Part shown: positions 10,911 through 21,405 of the stretch, piece by piece
How the letters are laid out: each line of letters starts with the position of its first letter
Numbering within the stretch: position 1 is the stretch's first letter
Assembly (NCBI GenBank): GCA_038147395.1
Contig: JAYQTM010000001.1
Coordinates: forward strand, 321,437 to 385,436
DNA length: 64,000 nt
Source of the DNA: Candidatus Eutrophovita brisbanensis
Lineage (GTDB): Bacteria > Pseudomonadota > Gammaproteobacteria > Burkholderiales > Eutrophovitaceae
Direction: 5' to 3'
Notes under the pieces: model-generated
Told to the model about the DNA's origin: nothing
Database searches by the model: none
What the model saw: only the letters and a program-made list of their open reading frames with translations
Position numbers and translations under genes: made by a program

Positions 10911-10951
10911 ATCACGTGCAGATATCTGACTGAGGGTGACACGGAGACGCG

Positions 10952-11989
10952 ATGAGCTTGATCGACAACTGGAAAGAAGAAAAACGCTCTGCTTATTTAT
11001 ATCGCATTGTTGCCTCTTGCGAAGCGGGGACCGCTCGAGAGGGTTTATTCAAGCAACTCGCAGTTGAAGCAGAGAACCAAGCAGAAATTTGGGTTGGCAA
11101 TATACGGCAGGAGGGGGGCACGCCTCCGGTTGAGTATGTCCCGGATTTGAGAAGCCGTATTGTCGGTTTTCTGACCCGAAAAACAGGCCCTCGATCGACT
11201 CGAATTTTGCTCACCGCAATGAAGGTGCGAGGCATGTCATTGTACTCAGTGCCAGATGCCAGACATTTTGTCCCTGGGTCGCAAAGAGGACACGAGGGCA
11301 GACACAAAGGGTTGTCTGGCGGGGGCAATTTACGAGCCGCTGTTTTTGGCGTGAATGATGGTTTGATCTCGAACCTAAGTCTTATCCTTGGTGTGGCGGG
11401 CGCGGTTTCGGATTCTGGTGTGATCGTCTTGACTGGCATTGCGGGTTTATTGGCTGGCGCATTCTCGATGGCGGCCGGTGAGTTCGTGTCTGTTCGCTCG
11501 CAACGCGAAATGTACGAGTATCAAATTGGCCTTGAGGCAGAGGAGTTAGAGCAATATCCCGAGGAGGAAGCTGGGGAGCTTGCACTCATTTACGAGGCTC
11601 GCGGGATTCCAAAGGAGACGGCACACGCTATGGCCAATGAGATTATTACTGATCCAGAGCGAGCGTTGGATGCGTTGGCTAGAGAGGAACTTGGGCTAAA
11701 CCCTGATGAGTTAGGGTCGCCGGTTGGTGCAGCGGTTTCCTCATTTTTGTCGTTTGCTGTGGGTGCGCTGATTCCGCTCCTTCCATTTCTGCTCGCAAGA
11801 AGTGATGCCGCGCTTTACTACTCGATTGGCGTGACTGGCGTTGCTTTGTTTGGGGTGGGCTCTGCTGTGAGTCTTTTTGTCGGACGTGGTGCACTCAAAG
11901 GCGGTTTGAGAATGTTATTGATAGGCGCAGCTGCGGGCTCTGTCACCTATATAATCGGCCACCTGCTTGGCGTACAAATTACTCACTAA
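10952..11989 (+). CDS. VIT1/CCC1-family iron/manganese transporter with N-terminal ferritin-like domain
   Basis: 345 aa. Soluble helical N-terminal domain, then VIT signature AAVFGVNDGLISNLSLILGVAG and C-terminal TM helices. Confidence 0.75.
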   Translation: MSLIDNWKEEKRSAYLYRIVASCEAGTAREGLFKQLAVEAENQAEIWVGNIRQEGGTPPVEYVPDLRSRIVGFLTRKTGPRSTRILLTAMKVRGMSLYSVPDARHFVPGSQRGHEGRHKGLSGGGNLRAAVFGVNDGLISNLSLILGVAGAVSDSGVIVLTGIAGLLAGAFSMAAGEFVSVRSQREMYEYQIGLEAEELEQYPEEEAGELALIYEARGIPKETAHAMANEIITDPERALDALAREELGLNPDELGSPVGAAVSSFLSFAVGALIPLLPFLLARSDAALYYSIGVTGVALFGVGSAVSLFVGRGALKGGLRMLLIGAAAGSVTYIIGHLLGVQITH

Positions 11990-11998
11990 CCTCGCAAG

Positions 11999-13078
11999 TT
12001 AATCTGGAAAAAACTCGGGCCAGAGAGTTCTCACGTAATCCTGAAATCGATCTGTTAAGCCTTGACCCAATAGGTAGTCTCTCGTCACGGGCATCGTGAC
12101 CGGCACAAATCTTGGGTTGGCGACGTATTTATTTGGGAAGTCATATTCCAACATAGCGGCACGACCTAACATGACCCAGTCGGCTCCCAAACTTAAGGTT
12201 GTTTCTGCATCTTGCGGCGTTCGTATTTTGCCTGCCACTCCTAGTTTTACACCATGTCGCTCTAAATCGGTGAAATATTTCATGAGCGTTTGACCCTTCA
12301 GTGTCGCATCTTCTGGTTCTTTGGACACATCCCAAAGTGACATATCCAAAAAATCTATCCTTGGGTCACTTAAGAGTTTTTCAGCGGTAACGATCATGTC
12401 TTGGGTCTGCAGTCCATAACGCTCAGCTGATAGTCGGACACCGATGATGAAGTCATTTCCACAGCGCTCACGAATTCCCTCAATGATCTCGAACAGGATT
12501 CGCATTCTGTTTTCAACATTTCCGCCATACTGGTCTTCCCGCTGGTTTGTCCCAACTGCTAAAAAAGCGCAAAGGAGGTATCCATGCGCGCCATGTAGCT
12601 CGACACCGTGGAACCCAGCTTTCTCCGCTCTAACAGCTCCCTCGATGAAGTCATCAACTAATTCTTGAACTTCCTGCGTTGAAAGTGCTCTCGCACCGCT
12701 TTTTTCGTCACCAGAGGGAGACACTGGCGCACAACCAATGACTTCTTCAGAGGTTCGAAGCCCACCATGGTGTAATTGAACAATCGCGAGACTGTTCTCA
12801 GCCTTGATTGCATCTGCGACGCGAGTGAGCCCCGGCAAGTGCGCATCTGACCAGATCCCAAGCTGTCCAGGGAACATCTTTCCGACCTCTTGCACATGAG
12901 ACGCGCATGTCATGGTCATCCCGAAGCCACCTTTTGCTCTCATGATTAACCACTTGAACTCATCTTCCCCAAGTGTTCCGTCGCTATTGCTCTGTTGATT
13001 CGTCAAAGGAGCAAGAAAAAACCGGTTTTTTATTTCAGGTCCGCGTTTAAATTGAATGGGGTCAAGTAAGGATGTCAT
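11999..13078 (-). CDS. NADH:flavin oxidoreductase, Old Yellow Enzyme family
   Basis: 359 aa TIM-barrel flavoenzyme. Motifs FFLAPLTNQQS and GVELHGAHGYLLCAFL. Confidence 0.8.
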   Translation of the reverse strand: MTSLLDPIQFKRGPEIKNRFFLAPLTNQQSNSDGTLGEDEFKWLIMRAKGGFGMTMTCASHVQEVGKMFPGQLGIWSDAHLPGLTRVADAIKAENSLAIVQLHHGGLRTSEEVIGCAPVSPSGDEKSGARALSTQEVQELVDDFIEGAVRAEKAGFHGVELHGAHGYLLCAFLAVGTNQREDQYGGNVENRMRILFEIIEGIRERCGNDFIIGVRLSAERYGLQTQDMIVTAEKLLSDPRIDFLDMSLWDVSKEPEDATLKGQTLMKYFTDLERHGVKLGVAGKIRTPQDAETTLSLGADWVMLGRAAMLEYDFPNKYVANPRFVPVTMPVTRDYLLGQGLTDRFQDYVRTLWPEFFPD

Positions 13079-13247
13079 GGAAAATCTATTTTTTAGTTGT
13101 GAAGTGGTGACTGAATCAATTCACCATGATAGCCTGAAAGTCGAAAATGTATTGTTTAAAAGTGGCAATAAACGTGTCCGATGCCACTTGAAAAAACTTG
13201 ATTGAATTCAAGTTTGTGAGATGGGCACTCATGTTGGAGAAGCAGTA

Positions 13248-14477
13248 ATGAAACGTTACGGAGAATTTTTAACCTCTGATGAGGACAAGATGTTCGTCGA
13301 GGCGGTCAGAAAGTACATCGACAATGAAGTCATGCCCGTGAGAGGTGCGCTGGACGAGGACTATTCAGTATTTGAAAAAGTAAACCAAGGGTTGGTCAAT
13401 TTAGGAATTCAGAGAAGAGGTTTTGCTGAGCGCTACGGTGGCCTTGGTATTCGCTCCGCCGTGACGGTGTGCGCGATCACCGAGGAAATCTCTCGAGGTG
13501 ATGCAGGGTTATCGTTGCATTGTTTGCTCACACCATGGTCACTTGCGGCGGCGATGGGTGCCAGGAACGAATACCTGATGGACAAATTCATTCCAATGTT
13601 TGCAACGGATGAACCTCGCGTTGGTTGTATGGCAATTACTGAGCCTGCTGGGGGATGCAACGTTGAGGATGGGGCTGAACGAGCAAGAACGATTCGGACT
13701 CGCGCGCGACGTGAGGGTGACGAGTGGGTGATCAATGGTGAAAAAATGTGGCCAAGTGCAGCTGGTGTTGCCGACCTTTATTGTGTCGTGTGCACGACAG
13801 AGGAAGATGATGATGAGGATAGTCTTGCTCTGATTTACGTGCCAGATGGCACGCCTGGATTAACTTTTGGCAAACCCGAGCCGAAAATGGGCATGCGAGT
13901 GACTGATGTTAACGCCGCAATTTATTTTGATAACGTGCGTGTTCCAGTCGAGTATCGAGCGGGTGGTCCGGGAGTTGACTGGCAGCTTTTTCGAGGAAAT
14001 ATTGCATGGGGTCGTCTTACTAGTGCACCTATGAGTTTGGGTTGTGCTCAGGCAGTATTGGAGGAAGTCATCGAATACACCTCACATCGCTCATACGGGG
14101 GTAAGCCAGTGCGAAATCACTCATTACAAGGCGCAATGATTGCTGACATGGCGATCGGCATTGAGAGCGCCAGGTCGTATTACATGAGCGTGGCTAAGAT
14201 GTTCGATAATCGTAAAGTCTATGGTGGTGTGAACGAGGACTATCTTCTTGGAAAGGCGAGTGCTGCGAAGGTATATGCGTGTGATGTGACTGAAATGGTC
14301 TGCGCCAAGGCGATGGAGTTGATGGGGTCTTACGGGTACAGCACTCAGGCTCCCATCGAGAAATATATGCGTGACAGCAAGATTATTCAGCTTTGGTTGG
14401 GCGGGGCTCAGTTGGGTCGTTTGGATGCAGCTCAGAGCCTTTATCCATACAATCCAGCTCAAAAATCAAAAAGCTAA
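13248..14477 (+). CDS. Acyl-CoA dehydrogenase family protein
   Basis: ACAD three-domain layout (ITEPAGGCN, WVINGEKMW, C-terminal helical domain with QLWLGGAQ). ATG 13248 is preferred because GGAGAA lies 7 nt upstream; the ORF is open from 13221. Confidence 0.75.
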   Translation: MKRYGEFLTSDEDKMFVEAVRKYIDNEVMPVRGALDEDYSVFEKVNQGLVNLGIQRRGFAERYGGLGIRSAVTVCAITEEISRGDAGLSLHCLLTPWSLAAAMGARNEYLMDKFIPMFATDEPRVGCMAITEPAGGCNVEDGAERARTIRTRARREGDEWVINGEKMWPSAAGVADLYCVVCTTEEDDDEDSLALIYVPDGTPGLTFGKPEPKMGMRVTDVNAAIYFDNVRVPVEYRAGGPGVDWQLFRGNIAWGRLTSAPMSLGCAQAVLEEVIEYTSHRSYGGKPVRNHSLQGAMIADMAIGIESARSYYMSVAKMFDNRKVYGGVNEDYLLGKASAAKVYACDVTEMVCAKAMELMGSYGYSTQAPIEKYMRDSKIIQLWLGGAQLGRLDAAQSLYPYNPAQKSKS

Positions 14478-14557
14478 TTAGGTGGCGGGTGTATCATACG
14501 CCATGAAATAGCGCCGCCACCGGTGAAACCAGCTGTCCAAACTTCAGTGGAGTGATG

Positions 14558-14592
14558 CCCGACCGCGGCGTTCGCAGTCGGGTTTGTTTTTT
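14558..14592 (+). terminator. Intrinsic terminator/attenuator hairpin in the metH leader
   Basis: CCCGAC-c-GCG/ggcgtt... precisely CCCGACcGCG-gcgtt-CGCaGTCGGG followed by TTTGTTTTTT. It ends 10 nt before the metH TTG start. Confidence 0.65.
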
Positions 14593-14602
14593 GATGGAGT
14601 AG

Positions 14603-17600
14603 TTGTTGAATAATTCTGAATTGACCCTGCGCCGATTACTCGGCGAAAGAATTCTCCTTTTGGATGGTGCGATGGGCACCATGATCCAAGCACATGGACT
14701 GAAGTCCGAAGACTTTCATGGTGATGAGTTTTCCGGGCATTCGCACGATCAAACTGGTAACAATGACCTTTTGACTCTGACGCAACCGTCGGTGATTGCA
14801 TCGATCCACGACGCATATTTGAGATCTGGTTCCGATATTATCGAGACTAATACCTTTAATTCAAACTCTATCTCGATGGCGGATTATGGTCTTGAGCGAG
14901 AGGTTGTTCGATTGAATAAAGCTGCCGCGCAACTCGCGCGAGATAGGGCTGATCACTGGTCTGCTGAGACTCCTGACAAGCCAAGATTTGTTGCAGGCGT
15001 GTTGGGACCAACAAATGCAACAGCGTCTATAAGTCCAGACGTGAATGATCCAGGAAGCAGGAGCATCACGTTTGATCAACTTGTTGTGTGCTACGACGAA
15101 TGTATCAGGGGACTTGTTGAGGGCGGCGTGGACATTCTCATGATCGAAACAATCTTTGATACGCTAAACGCGAAAGCAGCAATCTTTGCGGTCGAGGAAT
15201 ATTTCACCCGAGAGAAGACGCGTCTTCCTGTCATGATTTCTGCGACGATCACTGATGCGAGTGGCAGAACTTTGAGTGGTCAAACGACAGCCGCATTCTG
15301 GAACTCTGTTGCCCATGCTAAGCCGCTATCAGTGGGTTTAAATTGCGCGTTAGGCGCAAAAGAGATTAGGCCTTACATTGAAGAGTTATCAAAAATATCA
15401 AGTGTTTACACCAGTGTGCACCCAAATGCAGGTCTACCGAATGAGTTCGGAGGCTATGATGAGGAACCGAGTGAAACAGCCTCATTTTTAAAAGAGTTTG
15501 CGGAGTCTAAATTTCTCAATATTGCTGGTGGTTGTTGCGGCACAACGCCAGAGCACATAAAGGCAATCGCGACTGCACTTAACGATGTTGCGCCGAGGGA
15601 GATATCACACATTCCGCCCTCGTTAAGATTGTCTGGATTAGAGCCACTAACCGTTGATGATGATTTGCTCTTTGTGAATGTTGGTGAGCGCACCAACGTG
15701 ACGGGTTCACGAGCTTTTGCGAAATTAATCCTCGAGGAGAGATACGAGGAGGCGTTGGAGGTCGCGAAGCAGCAAGTTGATAACGGCGCTCAGGTGATCG
15801 ACATCAATATGGACGAGGCGATGTTGGACTCGAAGCACGCCATGGTTCGTTTTCTAAATTTGGTTGCAGCGGAGCCGGATATCTGCCGAGTCCCGATCAT
15901 GTTGGATTCGTCTAAATGGGAAATTATTGAGGCTGGGCTCAAGTGCGTTCAGGGTAAGTCGATCATTAATTCGATAAGTCTGAAAGAGGGTGAGGAAGAA
16001 TTTATCCGTCAAGCTAGACTTGCGATGAAATACGGTGCGGCAGTCGTTGTGATGGCTTTTGATGAGGCTGGCCAAGCCGATACTCTTGAGAGGCGAGTGA
16101 CGATTTGTGAGCGCGCATACGATGTGCTTACGAATACGGTTGGTTTTCCTAGCCAAGATATTATTTTCGATCCTAATATTTTTGCCGTTGCAACGGGAAT
16201 TGAAGAGCACGCGACTTATGCACTCGATTTTTTCGAGGCGGCGCGGTGTATCAAAGAAAAATTTCCGAACGTTAATATCTCGGGTGGGCTGTCGAATGTT
16301 TCCTTCTCCTTTAGGGGTAACAACGGCATTAGGGAGGCGATCCATACGGTGTTTCTCTTCCATGCGGTCAAGGCCGGCATGTCCATGGGCATCGTCAATG
16401 CCGGGCAGTTGGGCGTTTACTCCGACATCAAGCCCGATTTGTTGGAACATGTTGAGGACGTCCTCTTCAACCGCCGGTCCGATGCCACCGAGCGTTTAGT
16501 GAGTTTTGCTGAGGAGTACCAGGCCGATGTGAAAACTTCTCGGGAAGACTTGTCTTGGCGGCAGGGGACTGTAAACGAGAGACTAACGCACGCGCTGGTG
16601 AAAGGCATTACCAAATACATCACCGAGGACACCGAGGAGGCTCGACTTGCGGTCGATCGTCCGATACAAGTGATTGAGGGTCCGTTGATGGATGGCATGA
16701 ATGTTGTCGGAGACTTGTTTGGGTCCGGGAAAATGTTCCTGCCACAAGTTGTTAAATCTGCCAGGGTAATGAAAGAGGCCGTAGCTCATTTAATCCCGTT
16801 TATCGAGGAAGAAAAAAAGAGAACCGGGAGCGGTGGGAGTGCTAAAGGAAAGATTGTTTTGGCGACGGTCAAGGGAGATGTGCACGATATCGGGAAAAAT
16901 ATCGTGGCGGTTGTTTTACAGTGTAATAACTTTGAGGTCGTTAACATGGGCGTCATGGTTCCTGCTGATAAGATTCTCGATAAAGCCCGCGAAGTTGAGG
17001 CCGATATGATCGGGTTATCTGGGCTAATTACCCCGTCGTTGGAAGAGATGGCGTATGTCGCTTCAGAGATGGAGCGCCAGGGGTTGCACATACCATTACT
17101 CATCGGTGGGGCGACTACCTCGCGTGTGCATACGGCGGTCAAGATCGAGCCGAAATTCCCTTCGGGGGTGACGATTTGGGTGCCCGATGCCTCCCGCTCT
17201 GTCGGGGTATGTACACAGCTTGTGTCAGATGAACTGAAGGCGGCCTATGTGAGCGAAGTGAGGAAAGACGCCGAGAAAACGCGAGCGTTACATCTTGGTA
17301 AAAAAGGAAAAGGTGCTCGTCATACGATTTCCACGGCTCGAGAACATGGGTTTCGAGTCGATTGGCAAAGTTACACTCCACCTAGACCAAAGAAAATGGG
17401 CATTCAGGAGTTCACGAATTATCCGTTGAGAGAAGTTGCCGATCACATTGATTGGACGCCCTTCTTCCAGACTTGGGAGCTAGCTGGGCGATATCCAGCG
17501 ATACTAAACGACAACGTTGTGGGTAAGGCTGCCAACGATCTCTTCGTCGATGCGCAGAATATGCTCTCGAGGATCATCGACGAAAATTGGCTTGAGGCAG

Positions 17601-18292
17601 CGGCTGTCGTTGGATTATTCCCGGCTCAACGCGTAGGAGATGATGTGGAGATTTTTGTCGATACGGACCAAGCTACGCCCTCTCATCGATTACATTTTTT
17701 GCGCCAGCAAATGGTTAAGCCGAGCGATCGTTTTAATCAATGTTTGGCGGACTATATCGCGCCTGAGGGTTCTGGCGTTCAAGACTTCATCGGAGCATTT
17801 GCTGTGACTGCTGGTCTAGGGATTGATGATCGTGTGGCTGCGTATGAACGCGCGAATGATGATTACAATTCGATCATGCTAAAGGCCCTTGCCGATCGAC
17901 TTGCAGAAGCGATGGCGGAGTTGATGCATTTGAAGATACGTACCGAGTGGTGGGGATATGCACCTCAAGAAAATTTGGGTATCGAAGAGCTGATTAGTGA
18001 GGGCTACCAAGGGATCCGACCAGCACCAGGGTATCCGGCGTGTCCGGACCACTCTGAAAAGACCACATTGTTCGATTTACTTGGGGTCGAAAGCCGTTTT
18101 GGTATGAAATTAACGGATTCGTTTGCCATGCTTCCTGCCGCCTCCGTCAGCGGATTTTATTTCTCTCACCCAGACGCTCATTATTTCGCGGTTGCCAAAG
18201 TTGATCGTGATCAGGTGGCTGATTATGCGGAAAGAAAAGGGGTCAGTATTGCTGACGCAGAGAGATGGTTAGCCCCTAATTTGAATTATTAG
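14603..18292 (+). CDS. metH: Cobalamin-dependent methionine synthase
   Basis: 1229 aa. Hcy-binding, pterin-binding, B12-binding ([11 protein letters not shown]) and AdoMet-activation domains. TTG start with GGAG 3-6 nt upstream. Confidence 0.95.
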   Translation: MLNNSELTLRRLLGERILLLDGAMGTMIQAHGLKSEDFHGDEFSGHSHDQTGNNDLLTLTQPSVIASIHDAYLRSGSDIIETNTFNSNSISMADYGLEREVVRLNKAAAQLARDRADHWSAETPDKPRFVAGVLGPTNATASISPDVNDPGSRSITFDQLVVCYDECIRGLVEGGVDILMIETIFDTLNAKAAIFAVEEYFTREKTRLPVMISATITDASGRTLSGQTTAAFWNSVAHAKPLSVGLNCALGAKEIRPYIEELSKISSVYTSVHPNAGLPNEFGGYDEEPSETASFLKEFAESKFLNIAGGCCGTTPEHIKAIATALNDVAPREISHIPPSLRLSGLEPLTVDDDLLFVNVGERTNVTGSRAFAKLILEERYEEALEVAKQQVDNGAQVIDINMDEAMLDSKHAMVRFLNLVAAEPDICRVPIMLDSSKWEIIEAGLKCVQGKSIINSISLKEGEEEFIRQARLAMKYGAAVVVMAFDEAGQADTLERRVTICERAYDVLTNTVGFPSQDIIFDPNIFAVATGIEEHATYALDFFEAARCIKEKFPNVNISGGLSNVSFSFRGNNGIREAIHTVFLFHAVKAGMSMGIVNAGQLGVYSDIKPDLLEHVEDVLFNRRSDATERLVSFAEEYQADVKTSREDLSWRQGTVNERLTHALVKGITKYITEDTEEARLAVDRPIQVIEGPLMDGMNVVGDLFGSGKMFLPQVVKSARVMKEAVAHLIPFIEEEKKRTGSGGSAKGKIVLATVKGDVHDIGKNIVAVVLQCNNFEVVNMGVMVPADKILDKAREVEADMIGLSGLITPSLEEMAYVASEMERQGLHIPLLIGGATTSRVHTAVKIEPKFPSGVTIWVPDASRSVGVCTQLVSDELKAAYVSEVRKDAEKTRALHLGKKGKGARHTISTAREHGFRVDWQSYTPPRPKKMGIQEFTNYPLREVADHIDWTPFFQTWELAGRYPAILNDNVVGKAANDLFVDAQNMLSRIIDENWLEAAAVVGLFPAQRVGDDVEIFVDTDQATPSHRLHFLRQQMVKPSDRFNQCLADYIAPEGSGVQDFIGAFAVTAGLGIDDRVAAYERANDDYNSIMLKALADRLAEAMAELMHLKIRTEWWGYAPQENLGIEELISEGYQGIRPAPGYPACPDHSEKTTLFDLLGVESRFGMKLTDSFAMLPAASVSGFYFSHPDAHYFAVAKVDRDQVADYAERKGVSIADAERWLAPNLNY

Positions 18293-18418
18293 TTGGCGGC
18301 TTATGTCGAGCGTTTGAAGGACCTCTTCGGGGGGGTAGGCGTTAACAGTAGGAACTTTTCTCCCTCACTGATCTCGGACACCATTAAGACAAAAGTCCAG
18401 AAATTTCGAATTTTCACA

Positions 18419-19891
18419 GTGTCCCCCGCACAACCTGAATCTTTATCGCTGACTTATTTCTCGCTAGCGCTTTTACTGTCTGTTGCTGTAAATACATTTG
18501 ACGCACGCGCGGAGATTCATTACCAGGTTAACGTCGACAATAAACTCTCTGAGCTCTCAGTTCAGGCTTGTTTTGGCGACTATGTTCCTTCAGTTTTGGT
18601 CGCAGAGTCGCTAGACGCTACGGTTGCGCTCATTGATGTGCGTACAGAGTCGGGAGAGGCCATTAAACCTTCCGGGGTGATATCGATGCGGGACGTTGCT
18701 CCGGGTTCTTGCTTGTCTTATCGCGTAGATATTTCAAGAGGTGTCCAGCGGCACGATATGACTGGTCCCAAAGTGTATAAGTCAGGAGGGGCGACAGGTG
18801 TATCTAACGGGCTTTGGTTGTGGAGACCAGAGATTTTGCCTCAAAGTGAACAGTTTATCGTCGAATTTTCTCTGCCAACCGGAATCGCTGTGGCGACTCC
18901 TTGGGAGCAACTTCATGAGGCAGCCTACAAGATCCAACCAACACCTTACGAGTGGCCTTCTTGGATTGTGCTCGGAAAATTTTTCGATGAGACTCTAAAC
19001 ATTGGAGACACAAAAATCCGTCTAGCGATATTAGACGGCACTCCGAAAGTGAATTCGATTGAGTTGTTCAAGTGGCTCGAAAATGAGACCAATATGGTCC
19101 AGTCGGTTTTGGGTACCTTCCCCCACCCCAACGTTCAAATCTTAGTGTTTCCAAATGCTCGAGCGAGAGAGCCGGTTCCAGTCGCGTATGTGACGAGAGG
19201 TGGTAGCCCGACACTTCACATGATGATTAATCAACGTCGCCCAATCGAAAACTTTTATTCTGATTGGACCGCTACTCATGAGCTCGCACATCTTTACTTT
19301 CCATTTATTTCTCCTGACGATGCATGGCTTTACGAGGGTTTCGCCAGTTATTATCAGTACGTTGTCCGCGCGCGCTCCGGCTTATTGACTCCAGAGGAGG
19401 CGTGGACCAATCTACTCTATGGATTTCGTAGGGGGGAGAGAGAAGCTTCCGCTCGAGACGAGTCGCTGTCAGATGCAATTACTGGAATGTATCGAAGCGG
19501 TCCCTTTATGAGAGTCTATTGGACTGGGGCTGCCATCCTTTTAATGGCTGACGTAGAGCTTCGACATGCGACGAATGGGTCTTGGTCGCTAGACCGTGTG
19601 GTTCAGGCGTATAACGAATGTTGCATGAATGGACTACAACCTTCATCGGCAGAAAAACTTCTTGCAAAGTTTGATGAGTTGGTTGGATCTCCGATATTCA
19701 CCCCATTAATGCAGCGGTTTATCAATTCGAAGCAGTTCCCGGATTTGAGTCAAGTGTTGCGCGATTTGGGGGTCACGACGGACGGTCATTCGGTCGTTTT
19801 GAGGGTTGACGCATCAAAACGGAAGATTCGAGACGAAATCATGTTAGGCGATAATCAGCAAAGCGCATCCGTCAAAAAATACGAAAAGTAA
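18419..19891 (+). CDS. Secreted MA-clan gluzincin metallopeptidase-like protein (M1/M61-like), paralog 1
   Basis: HELAH at 19277-19291, followed by WLYEGFASYY (HEXXH plus downstream Glu). Hydrophobic signal-like segment LTYFSLALLLSVAVNTFDARA. The start is uncertain: the ORF is open from 18293 and GTG 18419 is the last canonical start before the signal segment. Confidence 0.6.
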   Translation: MSPAQPESLSLTYFSLALLLSVAVNTFDARAEIHYQVNVDNKLSELSVQACFGDYVPSVLVAESLDATVALIDVRTESGEAIKPSGVISMRDVAPGSCLSYRVDISRGVQRHDMTGPKVYKSGGATGVSNGLWLWRPEILPQSEQFIVEFSLPTGIAVATPWEQLHEAAYKIQPTPYEWPSWIVLGKFFDETLNIGDTKIRLAILDGTPKVNSIELFKWLENETNMVQSVLGTFPHPNVQILVFPNARAREPVPVAYVTRGGSPTLHMMINQRRPIENFYSDWTATHELAHLYFPFISPDDAWLYEGFASYYQYVVRARSGLLTPEEAWTNLLYGFRRGEREASARDESLSDAITGMYRSGPFMRVYWTGAAILLMADVELRHATNGSWSLDRVVQAYNECCMNGLQPSSAEKLLAKFDELVGSPIFTPLMQRFINSKQFPDLSQVLRDLGVTTDGHSVVLRVDASKRKIRDEIMLGDNQQSASVKKYEK

Positions 19892-19987
19892 GTTTGTTAG
19901 AAGGGCTCGTATCATTCACCGAATAAGCTCTGTGATATCCAGCGTCGGGCTGCTTCCGCCGAACGAAAGTTTGGGTAACATGACTTG

Positions 19988-21391
19988 ATGGCATATTTAC
20001 TCTCACTGTTTTATTTACTCTTTTCGTTTGCTGCAATCGCAGATGATCACATTGAATTTAAGTATCAGGTAGCCGTTGATACTGAAGCATTCAAGATGGA
20101 CGTTATTGTTTGCAGCGCAACAGGTCTGCCGGACTCGTTGGTAATGGGGGAGTCAGCACTTCTATATGTCTCAAATCTTCGCACCCAGTCCGGTGATTCG
20201 TTAGGCGCGGCCCAACAAAAACTAACGATAGCCGACCCTAACGCGGGTAATTGTTTTTTATATGATGTTCACCTTCGACCTAAACGAAGGGGAGAGCAAA
20301 GGGGAGGCGCCGAAACGCGTCTCATAGATGAAGCGAATCTTTTGACGTCTATCGAGGACTGGTTAGTTAGGCCGAGTCCTGACGTCAAAGCGCGGCTGAA
20401 CGTTCAATTTATTAGCTCTGATGGAATACATATCTCAACGCCGTGGGAGCGTGTGACCGATAACGAATTTATCGTCAGTAAGGAGTTCTCGAATCACGAA
20501 GGGATTGTTGCGTTTTCACGTTATCCAATCAAGACATTCAAGGTCGGTGGCTGTAATGTAGAGTTGACGTTCATGAGTGGATTCACCGAAGTATCTCAAG
20601 AGGATATGTCTTCATGGGTGCGGCAGGCAGCTCAAGGTGTGTCGAGGTTGATGGGTCGTTTCCCTCTGTCAAGAGTTCAGGTTGTGATTAGCGCAAGTGA
20701 CAGAGGGTCCGACACGGTTCCTTGGGCTTACGTTACGAGGGGCGGAGGCGGTGGTGTTCACCTCTTGGTGCAACGGTCTGTTACGAAAGAACAACTTGAT
20801 TGGGATTGGAGTTTATCTCACGAGCTTTCACACTTTTTACTTCCCGATATCGATACCGGAGATTATTGGCTCATCGAGGGGTTGCCGACGTATCTGCAGC
20901 ACCTCTCGATGGTCAGAGGCGATTTGATTACTTCGGATGAAGCATGGCGGAGGCTCCGTCAGGGGTTCATTGAAGGGAGCAGAACAGGCGGGGACATCTC
21001 TGTCTTTGATGCCATGTCGCGCATGACTCAACGAGGTATGTATCGAAAAATTTACTGGGGAGGAGCGGCATTTTTCTTCGGGATTGATGCGCGATTACGG
21101 CAATCTAAAGCCCATCTTGATGGAATACTTGGCGTACTCTCGGCATACCATGACTGCTGTTTTAATTTCTATTCCAAAATCGCTGGACCGGATTTAATTC
21201 AACAATTCGATAGTCTCAGTCGTTCCGATGTTTTTTCCAAAGCTGTGCGCTCGGACATACATGATGTGATGTTCCCAGATTTTGAAAAAATTTTTGAATC
21301 TCTTGGGTTGGAATTTTTTGGTCGTAATTTGATTGTGGTGGATGAGGATCGCGCTACGATCTCGAGAGATATTATGAGGTCTGTTAAATAA
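19988..21391 (+). CDS. Secreted MA-clan gluzincin metallopeptidase-like protein, paralog 2
   Basis: Signal peptide MAYLLSLFYLLFSFAAIA. HELSH at 20819-20833 followed by WLIEGLPTYLQH. Shares the blocks VP(V/W)AYVTRGG and YW(T/G)GAA with paralog 1. Confidence 0.6.
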   Translation: MAYLLSLFYLLFSFAAIADDHIEFKYQVAVDTEAFKMDVIVCSATGLPDSLVMGESALLYVSNLRTQSGDSLGAAQQKLTIADPNAGNCFLYDVHLRPKRRGEQRGGAETRLIDEANLLTSIEDWLVRPSPDVKARLNVQFISSDGIHISTPWERVTDNEFIVSKEFSNHEGIVAFSRYPIKTFKVGGCNVELTFMSGFTEVSQEDMSSWVRQAAQGVSRLMGRFPLSRVQVVISASDRGSDTVPWAYVTRGGGGGVHLLVQRSVTKEQLDWDWSLSHELSHFLLPDIDTGDYWLIEGLPTYLQHLSMVRGDLITSDEAWRRLRQGFIEGSRTGGDISVFDAMSRMTQRGMYRKIYWGGAAFFFGIDARLRQSKAHLDGILGVLSAYHDCCFNFYSKIAGPDLIQQFDSLSRSDVFSKAVRSDIHDVMFPDFEKIFESLGLEFFGRNLIVVDEDRATISRDIMRSVK

Positions 21392-21405
21392 TTTGAGACG
21401 AGGTT

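Noticed and set aside
14511-14560. Cobalamin-riboswitch idea for the metH leader (CCGGUGAAACC resembles the GGUGAAAAUCC core)
   Set aside because: No B12 box (GCCACUG) follows in the correct orientation; only its complement CAGUGG is present. The element is far too short, and B12 riboswitches normally control metE or btuB, not metH.
15854-16450. 198-aa minus-strand ORF inside metH, with similar ones at 10993..11439 in the VIT gene and 48683..49117 in trpD
   Set aside because: These are antisense shadow ORFs within well-supported genes, with no recognisable domains and no RBS context.
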